This document shows, in pieces, positions 19,034-37,549 of a stretch of DNA of 64,000 nucleotides (position 1 is its first letter; the number at the start of each line of letters is the position of its first letter). Origin of the DNA: the human T2T-CHM13v2.0 reference genome, Homo sapiens; assembly GCF_009914755.1 (NCBI RefSeq), contig NC_060938.1; one strand, 5' to 3'. A program made the position numbers and the translations under genes. Under the pieces are notes generated by a model that was given only the letters and a program-made list of their open reading frames with translations, ran no database searches and was not told where the DNA came from.

Positions 19034-19878
19034 CAAGTCTTATGCCTGATATATGAACCACACCAAAAGTTCACCAAATTGCACGATGCCGTAATCAGAG
19101 ACAATCAAACCACAAACCAAGAGGAGCAGTTGACGTTTTCCCTGCTAAAAACAGCTGTTCCAGCAGCCATGGTGCCTGTAGTCCCAGCTACTTGGAAGGC
19201 CGAGGCGAGAGGAGTTAAACTTCAGCCTGGGCAACATGATGAGACCTCACTATTTAAAAACAAAAATTGAAAAAGAAACCTAAAAAAGCAGGTTTTCCGA
19301 AGACGTTGTTATAAGGCTCCATATAATAATGAGACTCTCACCCTCTCAATGCCATTCTTCATTTGGCAGGATAATGCTATAATTAAAATTTCACAATAAG
19401 TAACTGCTATAGGTAACTTGAGAAAACCTGACCTAAAAAAAAAAAAAAAAGAAATCCTTTTAGTCCACCTAGTGGGCAAATTTGGCATTTTCCCTAACAC
19501 AGTTTTTTGTTCAAATTGTACTGGTGGTCCCTTTTATAAACCTGGCGTTCACAAAGTAGTGATTAATTCGATCCTGTATGAAATACTTCTCAGTGGCTAT
19601 CACAGGCCTGGCCCAGTCTCCTCCATGGCCTTTTGTTTAATTTGTTGCCCTTAGGCTGGGGCTGTTAGTTCAAAACCACTTCTACGAACTAAGTTTATTA
19701 TATTGTTGCCAATTTTTTCATTATAATTTTTAAATGTTGTTCTTAGTGCCTGTCTAATCTCAACGAAGCCAACTCTCCTAACAGGATAATACTTGCTCAA
19801 CACCTCCAGATAATGACTAATGCCTACAAAGCAGATGAAATAAAATGTAATACTGGACTCCAGATGAAACTGCTTTGA

Positions 19879-20220
19879 GGCCAGGTGCAGTGGTTCACGC
19901 CTGCAACCCCAGCACTTTGGGAGGCTGAGGCGGGCAGATCACCTGAAGTCAGGAGTTCAAGACCAGCCTGGCCGACATGGTGAAACCCTGTCTCTACAAA
20001 AAAAAAAAAAAAAGAGAGAGAGAGAGAGAGAGGAAAAAAATCAGCTGGGGGTGGTGGCGCATGCCTGTAATTCCAGCTATTCAGGAGGCTGAGGCAGAAG
20101 AATCGCATGAAACCAGGAGGCAGAGGTTGCAGTGAGCCAAGATAGTGCCACTGCACTCCAGCCTGGACTACAAGAGCAAAACTACATCTCAAAAAGGAAA
20201 GAAAGAAAGAAAGAAAAAAA
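19879..20220 (+). mobile_element. AluS with (AG)n in the linker
   Basis: Two arms, TSD AACTGCTTTGAG. Confidence 0.92.
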
Positions 20221-21649
20221 GTAACTGCTTTGAGACATTTTTTCCTTCTGGCCTCGTTATTACACAAATGTGGCCCAGGTTGCTGACTTAGACCCCGCCA
20301 TGTTCCCTCCAATGTGGGACAGAGACAGCTGGCACAAGCCCATTACAGCCCCAGGGACAGATAAGCCTGGCTGCAGAACGGCTGGTTAGCGATGCTTTCA
20401 GAGAAATATCTTGATCAAAAGAGAAAAATGTAAAGCTAATCACACAAATTGGGTCATTCTTGTCCCACCCAACCAAGGGTCAAGAGGCCAGCGGGAAGGA
20501 GCACTCAGGGCACATAGAATTTCTCCAAGAATGTCATTCTCTGTAAGACCGGCTGCTGAAACTGCTGCCACCTGAAACCAGTTTACCTAATGCCTACTAA
20601 ACAACCTGCTGACACGACTCGTTTTACCCTCTGCCCTCACTCATCAGTCGGAGCTTGCCAGCTCCCCAAACTCACCAGTGCCAATGAGCTTTCTTAAAGA
20701 GCAGTAGTAATATTTCTCCTCTTTATAAAACCTCCAGCCTTTCTTCATTCTTTGGACATCCTAAAGACCACTCACGCTACAGATATCCACAAATTACACT
20801 TCTTTCCCCAAATAAAACATTTTAATTTTGAGGATTCATCTCTGTATTTAACTTCGACACTGATAACAGGGAAATACGCAGCAAAGACACCTCAACCCCC
20901 AGGGGTCCCCTTCTAAGCACTCCCTCCCCCAGTCAGCCCAGACTTCCTAGGGGCGGGGAATGGCTGGGCAGCTCCACCTGTGACAATGGACTCTGCCCCG
21001 TCCCTGATCGAAATGACTGACAGCAAGCTCTCCTTCAGGCCTGGCCTCCCCGGAGTTCTCACTTAGCAAATGGCTTTCTAATGAGAGCACAGGAATTTGT
21101 CCCTATGTGTGGACTGACAATGAATAAAAGAAGCAGAAATCCATGGTGAACTTTATTTCAGCGAATAGAGGACAAAGATCAGCGACAGCTCCTGTGGGAT
21201 TCGGGAGATTTGTCAGCCACGTAGGCATAGAAGATGGGAAAATGGGATCCACTTTTTTCCCCTTTGGGGCCAACCTGGCAATTTGTGTGCAAAGCACAGG
21301 AATTCCACACAAGGAATTTGGCGTAATAGAAGTAATTAGGGCTGGGCGTGCTGCCTCATGCCTGTAATTCCAGCACTTTGGGAGGCCAATGCAGGAGGAT
21401 TGCTTGAGCCCAGGAGTTGAAGACCAGCCTGGGTACCATAGCAAGATCCTATCTCTACCAAAACAAAACAAAACAAAACAAATTAGCTGGGTGTAGTAGT
21501 GTACACCTGTCTAAAAAAAAAATGTAATTAGTAACAGGAATGCTCCAAACTCAGGAAAAAAAACAAAACAATATTTTTAAACTGCTAAGAAGACCAAAAA
21601 TTATTTCAAAACCATGAGGTAAAATGACAGAGGTCCTGGTGAGGAGAGG

Positions 21650-22005
21650 ACTTTATCAAGGGTGTAATGGAAGACGCTGGGCATGATTCACATGTTGTGG
21701 AGACCCCTGGAGAAGGGGGGCTAGAGTCAGGCAGGGGTGTGAGTGACCCAGGCACAGAAGTGGGGCAGGAGGGACTTGGGACCCTCCTTCTGAAGCTCCC
21801 CAGGAGGCTCCTCCTTTTACCTGCCCTTGATCCTGGAGTCCTCTCTGCCAGAGACAGGAGGCCACATGGTTCTCACCACCAGGCTAGTGGACAAATCCCT
21901 TTGTTTCCAGGGTGGGCCTGGAAGGGATTAGGTTACTTTCTGGTCCACACCAGAGGCTCCCCTAGAAGGCAGACAGCCCCAGGGACTGACTCAGGGACCC
22001 AGAGG
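21650..22005 (+). repeat. Old diverged direct duplicate of 39806-40205
   Basis: Colinear shared words GACTTTATCAAG, GCTAGAGT, TCTGAAG(C/T)TCCC, ACCTGCCCTTGA, AGGTTAC(T/C)TTCTGGTCCA, AGGGACCCAG. Confidence 0.7.
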
Positions 22006-22821
22006 CTGGGATGGGGGAGGCCAGGGAGTGAGGCCAGGGCAGGCAGCTGTGGGGGCTGGGCTGGGGAGAGGAAACAGTACTGGGGCAGAGGGGACGCCTG
22101 TAATCCCAGCACTTTGGGAGGCCGAGGTGGGAGGCTCATTTCAGCTGAGGAGTTCAAGACCAGCCTGGGCAACATAGCGAGAACGGTTCCTGGGGGAAAA
22201 AAAAAAAAGAAAAAAAGCATGAAATACAATGTGTCTATATTGAAATCTGTACTGTAATTGAGATGAAATACTGTGGAAAAACTCAAGGAATTTACCTAAA
22301 TGCTCCGCAATCTAATTCCAAATACCAATGGTAATTCTCAATACCTAATTAGGAAAACATCACAACCTGCATTTGAAGAAAAGAGTAACGTTCAACTTCT
22401 AACGAGGCGTGCGATCATTTCGGCACTTGGAACATGAAACAAAGTCAAAACATTTTCAGGCAAGGTGAATTGCTGATCAAGTATCAGATGTCCAGGTCTG
22501 CTCCCCTTACCGTTGCGATTGATTCACCACTACATCTCTTCTGAAAGTACCACACGGTGTGGAATCCTCAACTTAAGTACAAAACACGACGAAACTGATT
22601 AGGAAAATCCATTTGTCAACTGTGGGAGGCTCTGGATGTGTAGAGTACCTAGACTGTGGTAACCCCTCCACCCTGCGTGCCTCCATCACATCATCCAGCT
22701 GTTCACCTTAAATAAATACAATTTCTATCCATCAATTACACCGCAATAGAGCTGGGGGCCATTTTTTAAAAACTTCCTCTGGCATGCAGCAATTGATAAG
22801 AACTTGCAAAGCTGAGAAGGC

Positions 22822-23300
22822 ACCGATTTAAAACTCGCGCCAACGCGGCTGCGCGCCTTGTCCTCCGCCCAGGAACCCTGGAGGCCACGGCCTCGCCCGG
22901 CTCCTGCGCTGGCACTGGACGTCCCGCCGGCTGTACCTGGCGCCCCGTGGCCTCGCTCCCGACCGCTGCCCCGCAGAGGCCTCCCGACCGCCGAGGCCCT
23001 CGCCACGCCCGGGTGCCCCCAGGGGGCGCCGGCTTCCACCCACAGAGCTCCCCAGGCCTGGGCGGGCGCAGGGAGGGCGCGACCGGGGCGCACCCGCGCG
23101 GGAACTTGGCAGAGACTCGCGGGACGTGGCGGGGGCGCCTCAGGAAACGCGCCGCGGGGCTGCGGGGTCGAGGGGAGGGGACTAGTGTGCAGGGGCCACC
23201 CTCTCCCCAGCCCCGCCCCCCGAGTCCAGCTCCGCCCCTGATGCGTACCTGGCGGGACTGGGTCCCAGGGGCTCTCCGCGCTCCTTCTGGGGGCGCCACG
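22822..23300 (-). pseudogene. Inverted partial copy of a Sec6/EXOC3-family exon relic
   Basis: Minus strand reads SLCQVPARVRPGRALPAPAQAWGALWVEAGAPWGHPGVARAS and EAVASRVPGRRTRRAAALARVLNR, paralogous to 54440-54970. Confidence 0.4.
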
Positions 23301-23700
23301 TCCGGACCTTGTCCCCTGCTGAGGACTACCTCGCGGGCCGGGCGGGGTGAAGGGCGCTGTTAAGAAGGACAGTCCCGGGGAATGAGGGGCGAGGGGGAGA
23401 ACGGGGTCGCCGGGTCGGGAGAAGATGACAGACGGGGCAGAGTAGAGGCTGCAGAGGGTCGCCCGGAGAGCGCGGGGGTCCCCCCACCAGCATCCCGTCG
23501 CCGCTTCCCGTCTGACCCCACCCGCTCCCCGTCCCCGCTTCCCGTCTGACCCCACCCGCTCCCCGTCCTCGCTTCCCGTCGGACCCCACCCGCTCCCCGT
23601 CCCCGCTTCCCGTCGGACCCCAGGGCAGGTGGGAACGAAGAAGTGAGTTGGGTCCCCGCTGTGGGCCCTCGCCCTCTCAAGCCGGGCCGTCTCCAGGGCT
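22830..23700. promoter_or_regulatory. CpG island (copy A)
   Basis: Very GC-rich with abundant unmutated CpG and GC-box-like CCCCGCCCC (~23211). Confidence 0.8.
23494..23622 (+). repeat. 34-bp C-rich minisatellite, ~3.7 copies
   Basis: GCTTCCCGTC recurs at 23503, 23537, 23571, 23605. Unit GCTTCCCGTC(T/G)GACCCCACCCGCTCCCCGTCCCC. Confidence 0.9.
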
Positions 23701-24105
23701 TCAGGTTGGGGAACGGGCTCCTGTGGCCTCCAGCAGGCTCTTCCACTCGGGGCCTGGGTTTCAACTCAGTCCTCTCCCACCACCTTTTCCATGTGTCTTC
23801 AACGCCCTTCTTCAGCCGGGGTGACCCGAACTGCCCAGAGGGCTTGCAGCCTTCAGGGACGCAGTTTCCAGTTTCTGGGCGCCCATATGGACACTCCCCT
23901 GAAGCCCGCCTCCCCTTCCCCTGGGAGCAGGGGCCTTGCAGGTTCTCCCACCGCTCACCTTGCACTTGCTTCCTCCGCCTGTACAGGGAAAGGCCCACCC
24001 AGCTCAACCCAAAGGCCCAGGGCCCCTTGGTGGAAAACCCCAAGGGGGACAAACAAAAGACCTCTGCAATCTGGTTTAGAGTAGACAAAGCTTCCCTTAA
24101 GCAAG

Positions 24106-24473
24106 TGATCTGTTAGGTTTTGTGTCCCCACCCAAATCTCGTCTGGAATTGTAATCCCCATAATCCCCACGTGTCAAGGGGGAGACCAGATGGAGGTCAT
24201 TGAATCATGGGGGCGGTTTTCCCCATGCTGTTCTCGTGATAGTGAGTTCTCACGAGATCTGATGGCTTTATAAGGGGCTCTTCCCATTGCTCAGCACCTC
24301 TCCTTGCTGCCTTGTGGAGAAGGTCCCTTGCTTTCCCTTTGCCTTCCGCCATGATTGTAAGTTTCCTGAGGCCTCCCCAGCCATGCTGAACTGTGAGTCA
24401 ATTAAACCTCTTTCCCTTATAAATTACCCAGTCTCAGGCAGTTCTTTATAGCACATGAAAACGGACTAATACA
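24106..24473 (+). mobile_element. MaLR solo LTR (MSTA/THE1D-like)
   Basis: TGTGTCCCCACCCAAATCTC..CATGATTGTAAGTTTCCTGAGGCCTCCCCAGCC..GGACTAATACA. Confidence 0.9.
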
Positions 24474-25004
24474 GCAGTTCACCACAAACCCAAGGCAGGC
24501 TTCAGTCTTTTTCCGTCCTGTACCTAGTTCATTTAAGAACACACTTAGAGTTAGAAACTGGATACTTTGGCCCTCGTTGAGGATACGGACATATATGTAC
24601 ACACATATGTACACTCACACATCTATGGTGTAAAGTGGCAGCCATGACAGTCCCTTCACCTGACTTGTCTAGAAATGCTCAGCTCCTGAGGCAGTGACCC
24701 TAGAGGGACAGAGAGCGTGTCTGGGAGAAATGTGGAAGGGTCAGCTGCGTCCAGTGGGCTTCGTGAGGCACCGCACCTGCCTTTTCCAGGTCGAATATTC
24801 CAAGTGGAACTCAAGCAAGATGGATCTAATGGGGAACTTGTGGGGAGTCTCCGGGTCTGATGCTGGAGTCGTGTCCACAGGGTAGGCCACGAGGAAGGGA
24901 ACTTCAGGAGCAGCTGCCGCCCCGAGAAGACAGACTGAAACCCATATCAGTTCCTGTTCCTTCTGACCTTGGGTGCTAGGGTATTCTACAAAAGTTAGTT
25001 TAGT

Positions 25005-25336
25005 TTTGTTTTTGAGACGGGGCCTCAATCCATCACCCAGACTAAAGTTCAGTGACAGGATCATAGCTCACTGCAGCCTTGAACTGCTGGGTTCAGGTGA
25101 TCCTCCTGCCTCAGCCTCCCAAGAAGGTGAGATTACATGTGCCAATGCACCCTGTCAGTTTTTGTTTATTTTTGTTCAACGCCTTTAATGTAATCAGCCT
25201 GGTAATTTTTAAAACCCTTTTTTTTTTTTTTTTTTTTGCAGAGAGGGGGTCTTGCTATGTTGCTCAGGCTGGTCTTCAACTCCTGGGCTCAAGTGATCCT
25301 CCTCCCTGGGCATGCATAAGCCACCGTGCTGAGCCC
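25005..25336 (-). mobile_element. Degenerate Alu (J-like) pieces
   Basis: Reverse Alu right-arm and left-arm fragments with poly-T. Confidence 0.75.
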
Positions 25337-25734
25337 AAGCCAGTATTTTTATTTAGTAACTCATTGTTTTTAAATAATATTTATGTTATATCTTCTATCT
25401 GCTAATCTTACAGCCTGAAAATGAGGTTGTTCTGGCTTGCTCTTGGCCTCGAGGGAAGGCGGACCACTCCAGAGCAGCTGGCTTCCATTGCTGTGTGGCC
25501 CTATAAGCATCTTTCAGCCTGGGCACTTAATATTGATTTCTTAGCTTGTTGGTTCCAGGGCCTCAAAAAAAATGATGTTCAGTTTAAATCCAAACACACA
25601 AGAGGATGGGGAACCTGTCACAAATCTTAGGGGAGACACTTTTATTGTTTGTCTTAGTGAGAGCCCTGGGTAGAAAAATTTCTTTCTCACCTCTGCTTGC
25701 TGATGGTCGCAAAATGAATTCACCTTTTCACTGA

Positions 25735-25735
<1 letters not shown>

Positions 25736-25804
<69 letters not shown>

Positions 25805-25875
25805 ATATGTATATGTATATATGTATATATGTATATGTATATATGTATATATGTATATATGTATATATATATATA
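25736..25875. repeat. (TA)n/(TATG)n microsatellite
   Basis: Long pure TA run followed by TATATG variants. Confidence 0.95.
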
Positions 25876-26628
25876 TGGCCCTTCTAGGATGCACACCTGT
25901 GTGGAAGTCCTAGTCTCCTTTACAGCCAGAGCTCAGGGCTCCTGAGATGAGGAATTCCTCTGGGGCAGCAGCTGCATCAGCGTCAGTGGCCACGTACGTT
26001 TCCAGCAGCTTTGTTGTTTGGAAGATTTCCTTTTTTTCCCCAGTTGCATCTATGCAAGAATGGATTTTGTAATATTTAATTCAGAATGTCTAGCCTCAAA
26101 AGATTTTTCAAGTTATCTGACCTACTTTATTGTTGGGAAGGAAATAACCACTTGTCTTGTGGTGGTTCCATCCTGTTTGTCTACACTGTTGTGCCGTTTG
26201 TCTACACTGTTTTGTCTACACTGTTGTGCCCATTGGCAGAAACTCCTCAGCATGGTTGTGGCATTTCCAGTGTTCCCAGAGCGGGCCTCTGTCTGGTCCT
26301 CCCAGAAGTCTCTGCAGTCACTCCCCACTGACGCCAGTAGCAGCTGCTTATTTCCCAGGAATGCCATTCCCTCCCCATGCCCAGAGGCACTAAGACCCCA
26401 GTTTCCTCCCAATTGGGAAGAGACCTGGAGGGCAGAGGGATTCTCTCTGGCATAGGGCCAAAGGCTCAGAGAGGAGTCCAAGGCTTCCTGGCCCAGCCAG
26501 GCCTGTGGAGTAAGATGAGGTCAGGAGATAGGGACAGAGGAGCCCCTGGGATATGGGTGGCACTTGCCGCCTGCAGGAAGCTCACGTTCTGACCTGCAGT
26601 TCCCTGTGATGAACTTCAAGAGGGAACT

Positions 26629-27610
26629 TACTGGGGGAACTCACCACCAATATTTCAACGTAAGTTCTTTCTATTTTCCACAAGTGTCAGCCAGCTGAGA
26701 AACATAGAGGGACAGTACAAAGAGAAGAATTTTACAGCTGGGCCGCTGGGGATGACATCACATATCAGTAGGACTGTGATGCCCGCCTGAGTCTCAGACC
26801 AGCAAGTTTTTATTGAGGGTTTCAAAAGAGGAGGGGGTGTAAGAACAGGGAGTAGGTACAAAGATCACATGCTTCTGAGGGAACAGGACAAAGGGCAAAA
26901 GCAGAACTACTGATGAGGGTCTATGTTCAGCGGTGCACGTACTGTCTTGATAAACATCTTAAACAACAGAAAACAGGGTGCAAGAGCAGAGAACTGGTCT
27001 GACCACAAATTTACCAGGGTGGAGTTTCCTAACCCTAGTAAGCCTGAGGGTACTGCAGGAGACCAGGGTGTATCTCAGTCCTTATCTCAACCGCATAAGA
27101 CAGACATTCCCAGAATGGCCGTTTATAGATCTCCCCCCAGGAACTCATTCCTTTCCCAGGGTATTAATATTAATATTCCTTGTTAGGAAAAGAATTTAGT
27201 GATATCTTCCCTACTTGCATGTCCATTTATAGGCTCTCTGCAAGAAGAAAAATATGGCTCTTTTTGCCCGACCCTGCAGGCAGTCAGACCTTATGTTTGT
27301 CTTTCCTTGTTCCCTAAAAATCGCTGTTATTATGTTCTTTTTCAAGGTGCACTAATTTCATATTGTTCAAACACACATATTTTATAATCAACTTGTACAG
27401 TTAACACAATTATCACAGTGGTACTGAGGTGACATACATCCTCAGCTTACGAAGATAACAGGATTAAGAGATTAAAGTAAAGACAGGCATAAGAAATTAT
27501 AAAAGTATTATTTGGGAACTGATAAATGTCCATGAAATCCTCACAATTTATGTTCCTCTGCCGCGGCTCCAGCTGGTCCCTCCGTTCGCGGTCCCTGACT
27601 TCCCGAAACA
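26629..27610 (-). mobile_element. MER11 solo LTR (HERV-K HML-8)
   Basis: Minus strand starts TGTTTCGGGAAGTCAGGGACC, ~980 bp, 6-bp TSD GGAACT/GGAATT. Confidence 0.9.
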
Positions 27611-27933
27611 GGAATTCCCACTGGGGCTGCCTAACTCTGGTCAGTGAGACCAAATCTGTGATGTAGGAATAAGAAGATCCATGGTGCAGCCACCAAAGTT
27701 ATCTGCTCCAGCCCAGACGTGATCTGTGACAAAGCTGGCGCTTTCATGTGCATGTTCTTGAGTCCCGTTTGTCATGTTATTTCTGGACTGGTTGGGTCTT
27801 GGGCAGGAGGAAGGAGGCTGTCACTTACTGGGTCTTTCCTCTCCTTACATTAACACTACATTGTTCCATGTTATGCTGTAAGCTTTTCAGCTGTAAAGAG
27901 CCTCAACAAGCAATTAGCAAATTCATTTCATTA

Positions 27934-28311
<378 letters not shown>

Positions 28312-28670
28312 TCAGTCACTCAACAGATCAGATATATCAACTTGGCTATGATGCAACAAACACATTCCTAAAATGCGCTGGGCTATGCAAAATTGCACAA
28401 TAAAAACCACAGGACTTACAAGGAAAAAACGAGGTTGGGGAAGGACACTCAAAACACCCCATCAGTGACACAATTTTTTTAAATGATAGGAACCTAATAA
28501 AGAGGGTAGAAGGGTTTTACATGCTAAATTGTTGAGGAATACATCAATACTACAATGAGCATGGCACTTTATTTGAAGGCCTGAAGTTTGCTTGTGGAGT
28601 AGATGGAGGAAGGGGTATAGCCTGTGAGATGCCCGAAGCAGGGAACAGGGTCCCCTGGGTCACTGGAGAA

Positions 28671-29845
<1,175 letters not shown>

Positions 29846-30115
29846 GAGTTTACATTTCAAAGCAAGCACTGTAATAGAATTGCAGTCATGTAATACCCAC
29901 CATGTGATAGGCGCTGTGCTAGACGCTGCAGACGCAGCAGCGAGCCATGTGCAGCCCCACCCTCGTAGGAGTTACCTGGCAATGGGGGAAGCAATCAACA
30001 AATCAATAATCTCATTTCAGGTGATGAGAAGTGCTGTAAAGGAAAAAGGAACAAGGCAGGACAGCAAGGGATGGCTTTGTGGTAGCATTTTTTTTTTTTT
30101 TTTTTTTTTTGTAGG

Positions 30116-30576
30116 TCTATGTATTTGCTTCCTGGGGCAGGCGTTTACAAAGTGCCACAGCCTTGGTGGCTTCAACAGAAATGATTATCTCCCAGTTCTG
30201 AAGGCCAGATGTCTGAGATCCAGGTATCAGTAGGGGTGGTTCCTTCTGGGAGTTGGGAGGAAAGATCCGGTCCGGGCCCCTCCCAGCTGCGTGTGATCCG
30301 CTGGCAGTGTCTGGCTCCTGGCTGGTGGACACGTCTCTGCCATCCCTGCCTCCGTCTTCATGTGCTGTTCTCCCTGCGTGCATGTCGTTGTCCAAATTCC
30401 CCGTTTTACAAGGACGCCAGTTATAGTGGATGAGGGGCCCAACAACTCCAGTATGACCTCATCTTAACTAATGACATCTGCAATGACCCTGTTTCCAAAT
30501 AAGGTCACATTCCGAGGTACTGAGGGCTGGGAACTCAACGTATGAATTTTGAGGGGATATGGTTCTACCTACAACA
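30116..30576 (-). mobile_element. MLT1 MaLR LTR
   Basis: ACAAAGTGCCACA..CAGTTCTGAAGGCCAGA..TATGACCTCATCTTAACT..TTTCCAAATAAGGTCACATTC. Confidence 0.85.
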
Positions 30577-30917
30577 GTTGGTAAGGGAAGCCCCCTTTAA
30601 GTAAGTGACATTTGAACAAGAGGCCCCCATTCCTGACCCCTAAACCACTTCCAAAACTAAACTACTTGCACACCAGCCTATGGCCCACATCATAGATTCT
30701 GCTTGTGGAGGGGATCCGAATTTAGAGAGTACAGAAGTGGCCCTAAAAGGCAGAACCTCAGGGCAGGAGAGCACACACCCTGCAGCCCCACTGTCAGGAC
30801 CCTGTTGCTGGGGGGAGTGAGCAGGTGCTGAGCCTCGGCCTGCAGGACAGCTGCCACGGCTCCCAGGGCGGATGACGATATGCACGTTGGGAAGTGAGGC
30901 CTGGGTCCATGTGGTAG

Positions 30918-31237
<320 letters not shown>

Positions 31238-31524
31238 TGAGGGGAGTACTTTAAAAGCACTGAAGCAATAGTCAGAAGAACTGTGGGGTTGGCCCACTTA
31301 ATGGTTTTAAAGGCCTCAAAATAATAATAATAACAGGCTCAAGTGAGCCAACTATCAATGTAAGACACTCTATGAGAGTCCGAAGCCTTCGGGGCAGCAT
31401 GAAGAGCTCTTAGCTCTGCGGGTACAGGGTGGTTTATGATGAAAACCAGGCCCAGGAGTATTCACGACTCTGAATAATGTTCATTTCATCTCTCTCTTCA
31501 GCCATGTTTAATGTACTGTCTAAT

Positions 31525-33210
<1,686 letters not shown>

Positions 33211-33231
33211 TTCTTTTCTGGGAAGTATTTA

Positions 33232-34882
<1,651 letters not shown>

Positions 34883-35053
34883 GTTATTTTTATATATTAT
34901 AGTTATATATTAAAAAGAGAAAAAACTTGACTGAAGAGAAACCCCTGACTTCGGTGGCTCAGGAAGTTTACTGCTCCCCCACCCCACCTAATTCTTCTGT
35001 AAAACCTTCCAGCTCAATCTTCAGGAAATCCCCCCTCCCCACTATCCCCCTGA

Positions 35054-35698
35054 TGAAGTGGCATCGCTGTCTGGAGTAAATACCCAGGGTTCATTGTCTC
35101 ACGCCAAGAAGATTAAGGACATGGACATACATGAGGAGTGAGCTTAGGAGCAGAGGTTTAATCGGCAAAAGAAAGAGAAAGGAGAGCAGCTCTCTCTCTC
35201 TCTTGCAAGAGAGAGGGGGCTCCAAAAGGGAAAAGCTGGCCTGCAGGGACAGCAGCAGATTTTATAGTCCAGCTTGAGGAGCAGTGTATGATTCACGAAG
35301 GGCCCACAGATTGGTTCAACCAGGTGTGACATTTACATAGCATGTGGGGAAGGCTGGTCTCCCCACCCTAATCTTATTATGCAAATGGGCTTTCCACTTG
35401 GCCAACACCATCTTGCCTGCTTCTTACTGTACACCTGGCTGGCAAAGAGAAGGGAAGATACAGCCAACATTTTGATCATGCCTAGTTCCAGGTAGCCTTT
35501 TCCTATCGGCACAACTGCTGGCATTCACCCGTGCAAGCTTCCAGCTTGCTTGTCTATGTCTGCAGCTCGATTTTACAGGCTGCCCCTTGTTACAAAAGAA
35601 AATGATTTGGGGGCTTCTTTTCATTAAAAGGAAAACCTTACTGAGAACTTCTTTATCCTTACTATTTGCCTAAATAATTTCTTTTTAACCATATATCA
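35054..35698 (-). mobile_element. ERV1 solo LTR (MER50-like), copy 1
   Basis: TGAAGTGGCATC...CATATATCA termini. Colinear with 36492-37082. Confidence 0.8.
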
Positions 35699-36491
35699 CT
35701 ACCATGGCTTTCTGCAGGGTGTCCCCTATTGTGCTGGGAGGGCACATGGGTGGTGGAGAAGGTAGAAGCTATCAATTCTTGGAGAGGAAGGTGGGATTCA
35801 GGCCACCTGGGGGCTGTGGGGAGGGGAATGAGGCCTAAAAGATGCCGAAGTTTGCAGGAGGAGAGCAGGCTACCGCCCACATGGGGCTGTTTGTACTCTA
35901 CAGGACTACGGAGGAGGGAAGCTTGGAAACGTGGCCAGTGCAGGGGAAAGTCAGATGATGTGGATGTTCCTGGGAACATCCCTCATCTGGTGACTGCTGG
36001 GAATGCTGACGTCTTGGAAAAATGTGCTCTGAGTGGTCTTCACAGTGGGCAGGCTCAGTGTACCTGGGCCTCCCAAAACGCCAGCTCTGAGACCCCTCCT
36101 GAGCAAGGACCCCTGGGTGGATTAAGCCTCAAGTATAGATTTCTTATGGTATCACAGCATGACACCTATCAATAGGTGTTTTAATTATTTATTTTTACTT
36201 TTTATGTATTTTTGTTTTTGAGACAGAGTCTCACTCTGTGGCCCAGGCTGGAGTGCAGTAGTGCCATCTCAGTTCACTTCAACCTCCATCTACCGGGCTC
36301 AGGTGACTCTCCTACCTCAGCCTCCCAAGTGAGTAGTTGGGACTACAGTCACAGGCTACTATGCTCAGCTAATTTTTCGTTTTCTTCTTTTTTTGAGATG
36401 GAGTCTCACTCTTGTTGCCCAGGCGGGAGTGCAGTGGTGCAATCTCCGCTCACTGCATCCTTGACCTCCAGGGAACAAGGAATCCTCCCAC

Positions 36492-37082
36492 TGAAGCAGC
36501 TGGGGTATAAACCCAGGGTTCGTTGTCTCATGCCAGGAAAATTTAGGACATGGACACACCCAAGGAGTTTAGGAACGAGGTTTAACAGGCAGAAAAGAGA
36601 AAGAAAAGCAGCTCTATTGAGAGAGAGGGGTCTTCCAAGCAGAAAGACCAGCTGATGGCAGATGCGCCAGATTTTATAGTCCAGTTTGAGGAGGTGGTGT
36701 CTGATTTACATATGGCTCACAGATTGGTCTGATCAGGTGGGACATTTACACAGCCTTTGGGAAAGGCTGGTCGCCCCACCCTAATCTTATTATGCAAATG
36801 AACTTTCCCCTTTGCCGATGCCATCTTGTCTGTTCCTTACTGTACACATGGCTGGCAGGCAAGGGAAGATGGAGCTGCCATCTTGAACATGTCTATCCCC
36901 TAGTTCCTGCCTGCATTCACCCGTGCAAGCTCCCAGCTTGCCTGTCCATGTCTGGAGCTCAACTTTATGGGCTGCTCTTTTTTAGAAAATGATTTGGGGC
37001 TGCTTTTCATTAAAAAGAAAAGCCTAATGGGGGACTCCCATACCCTATCTGCCTAAGTGATTTGTTCTTAACTCCTATATCA
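36492..37082 (-). mobile_element. ERV1 solo LTR (MER50-like), copy 2, inserted inside an Alu
   Basis: Alu sequence AATCCTCCCAC | LTR | CCACCTCAGCCTCCC, 4-bp TSD CCAC. Confidence 0.85.
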
Positions 37083-37161
37083 CCACCTCAGCCTCCCAAG
37101 TAGCTGGGACTACAGGTATGTGCCACTGCATCCAGCTACTTTTTGTATCATTTAAAAAATT

Positions 37162-37460
37162 GGGCCAGGCACAGTGGCTCATGCCTGTAATCCCAGCACT
37201 TTGGGAGGCTGAAGCGAGTATATCACTTGAGCTCAGGAGTTCGAGACCAGTCTGGCCAACATGGTGAAACCCTGTCTCTACTAAAAATACAAAATTTAGC
37301 CAGTGTGGTGGCACATGCCTATAATCCCAGTTATTCAAGAGGCTGAGGCAGGAGAATCGCTTGAACTCAGGAGGCAGAGGTTGCAGTGAGCCAAGATTGT
37401 GCCACTGCACTCCAGCCTGGGTGACACAGTGAGACTCTGTCTCTAAATAAATAAATAAAT
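37162..37460 (+). mobile_element. AluS
   Basis: Full-length, (TAAA)n tail. Confidence 0.92.
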
Positions 37461-37549
37461 ATTGATTTCTAGTTTTGTTACCTTGCAGTCTGAGAAATAA
37501 ATCTTATTTCTCTTTTTAGAAATCAAGTTGTCTGTTATGTCCAATATAC

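Larger units (their letters stand above)
22547..24962 (-). repeat. Segmental duplicate copy A (inverted relative to 52849-55188)
   Basis: Minus-strand translations match plus-strand translations of copy B, e.g. RSRVGASFKSVPSQLCKFLSI, YGRPETGNCVPEGCKPSGQ, MYICVYIYVRILNEGQSIQF. Confidence 0.95.

Noticed and set aside
22830-22930. Plus-strand resemblance of copy A to the Rap-like NAAPALL segment
   Set aside because: Only a few GC-rich words match, and no G-box motifs follow.
21000-23000. Annotated lncRNA exons recalled for this locus
   Set aside because: Exon structure cannot be established from sequence alone.
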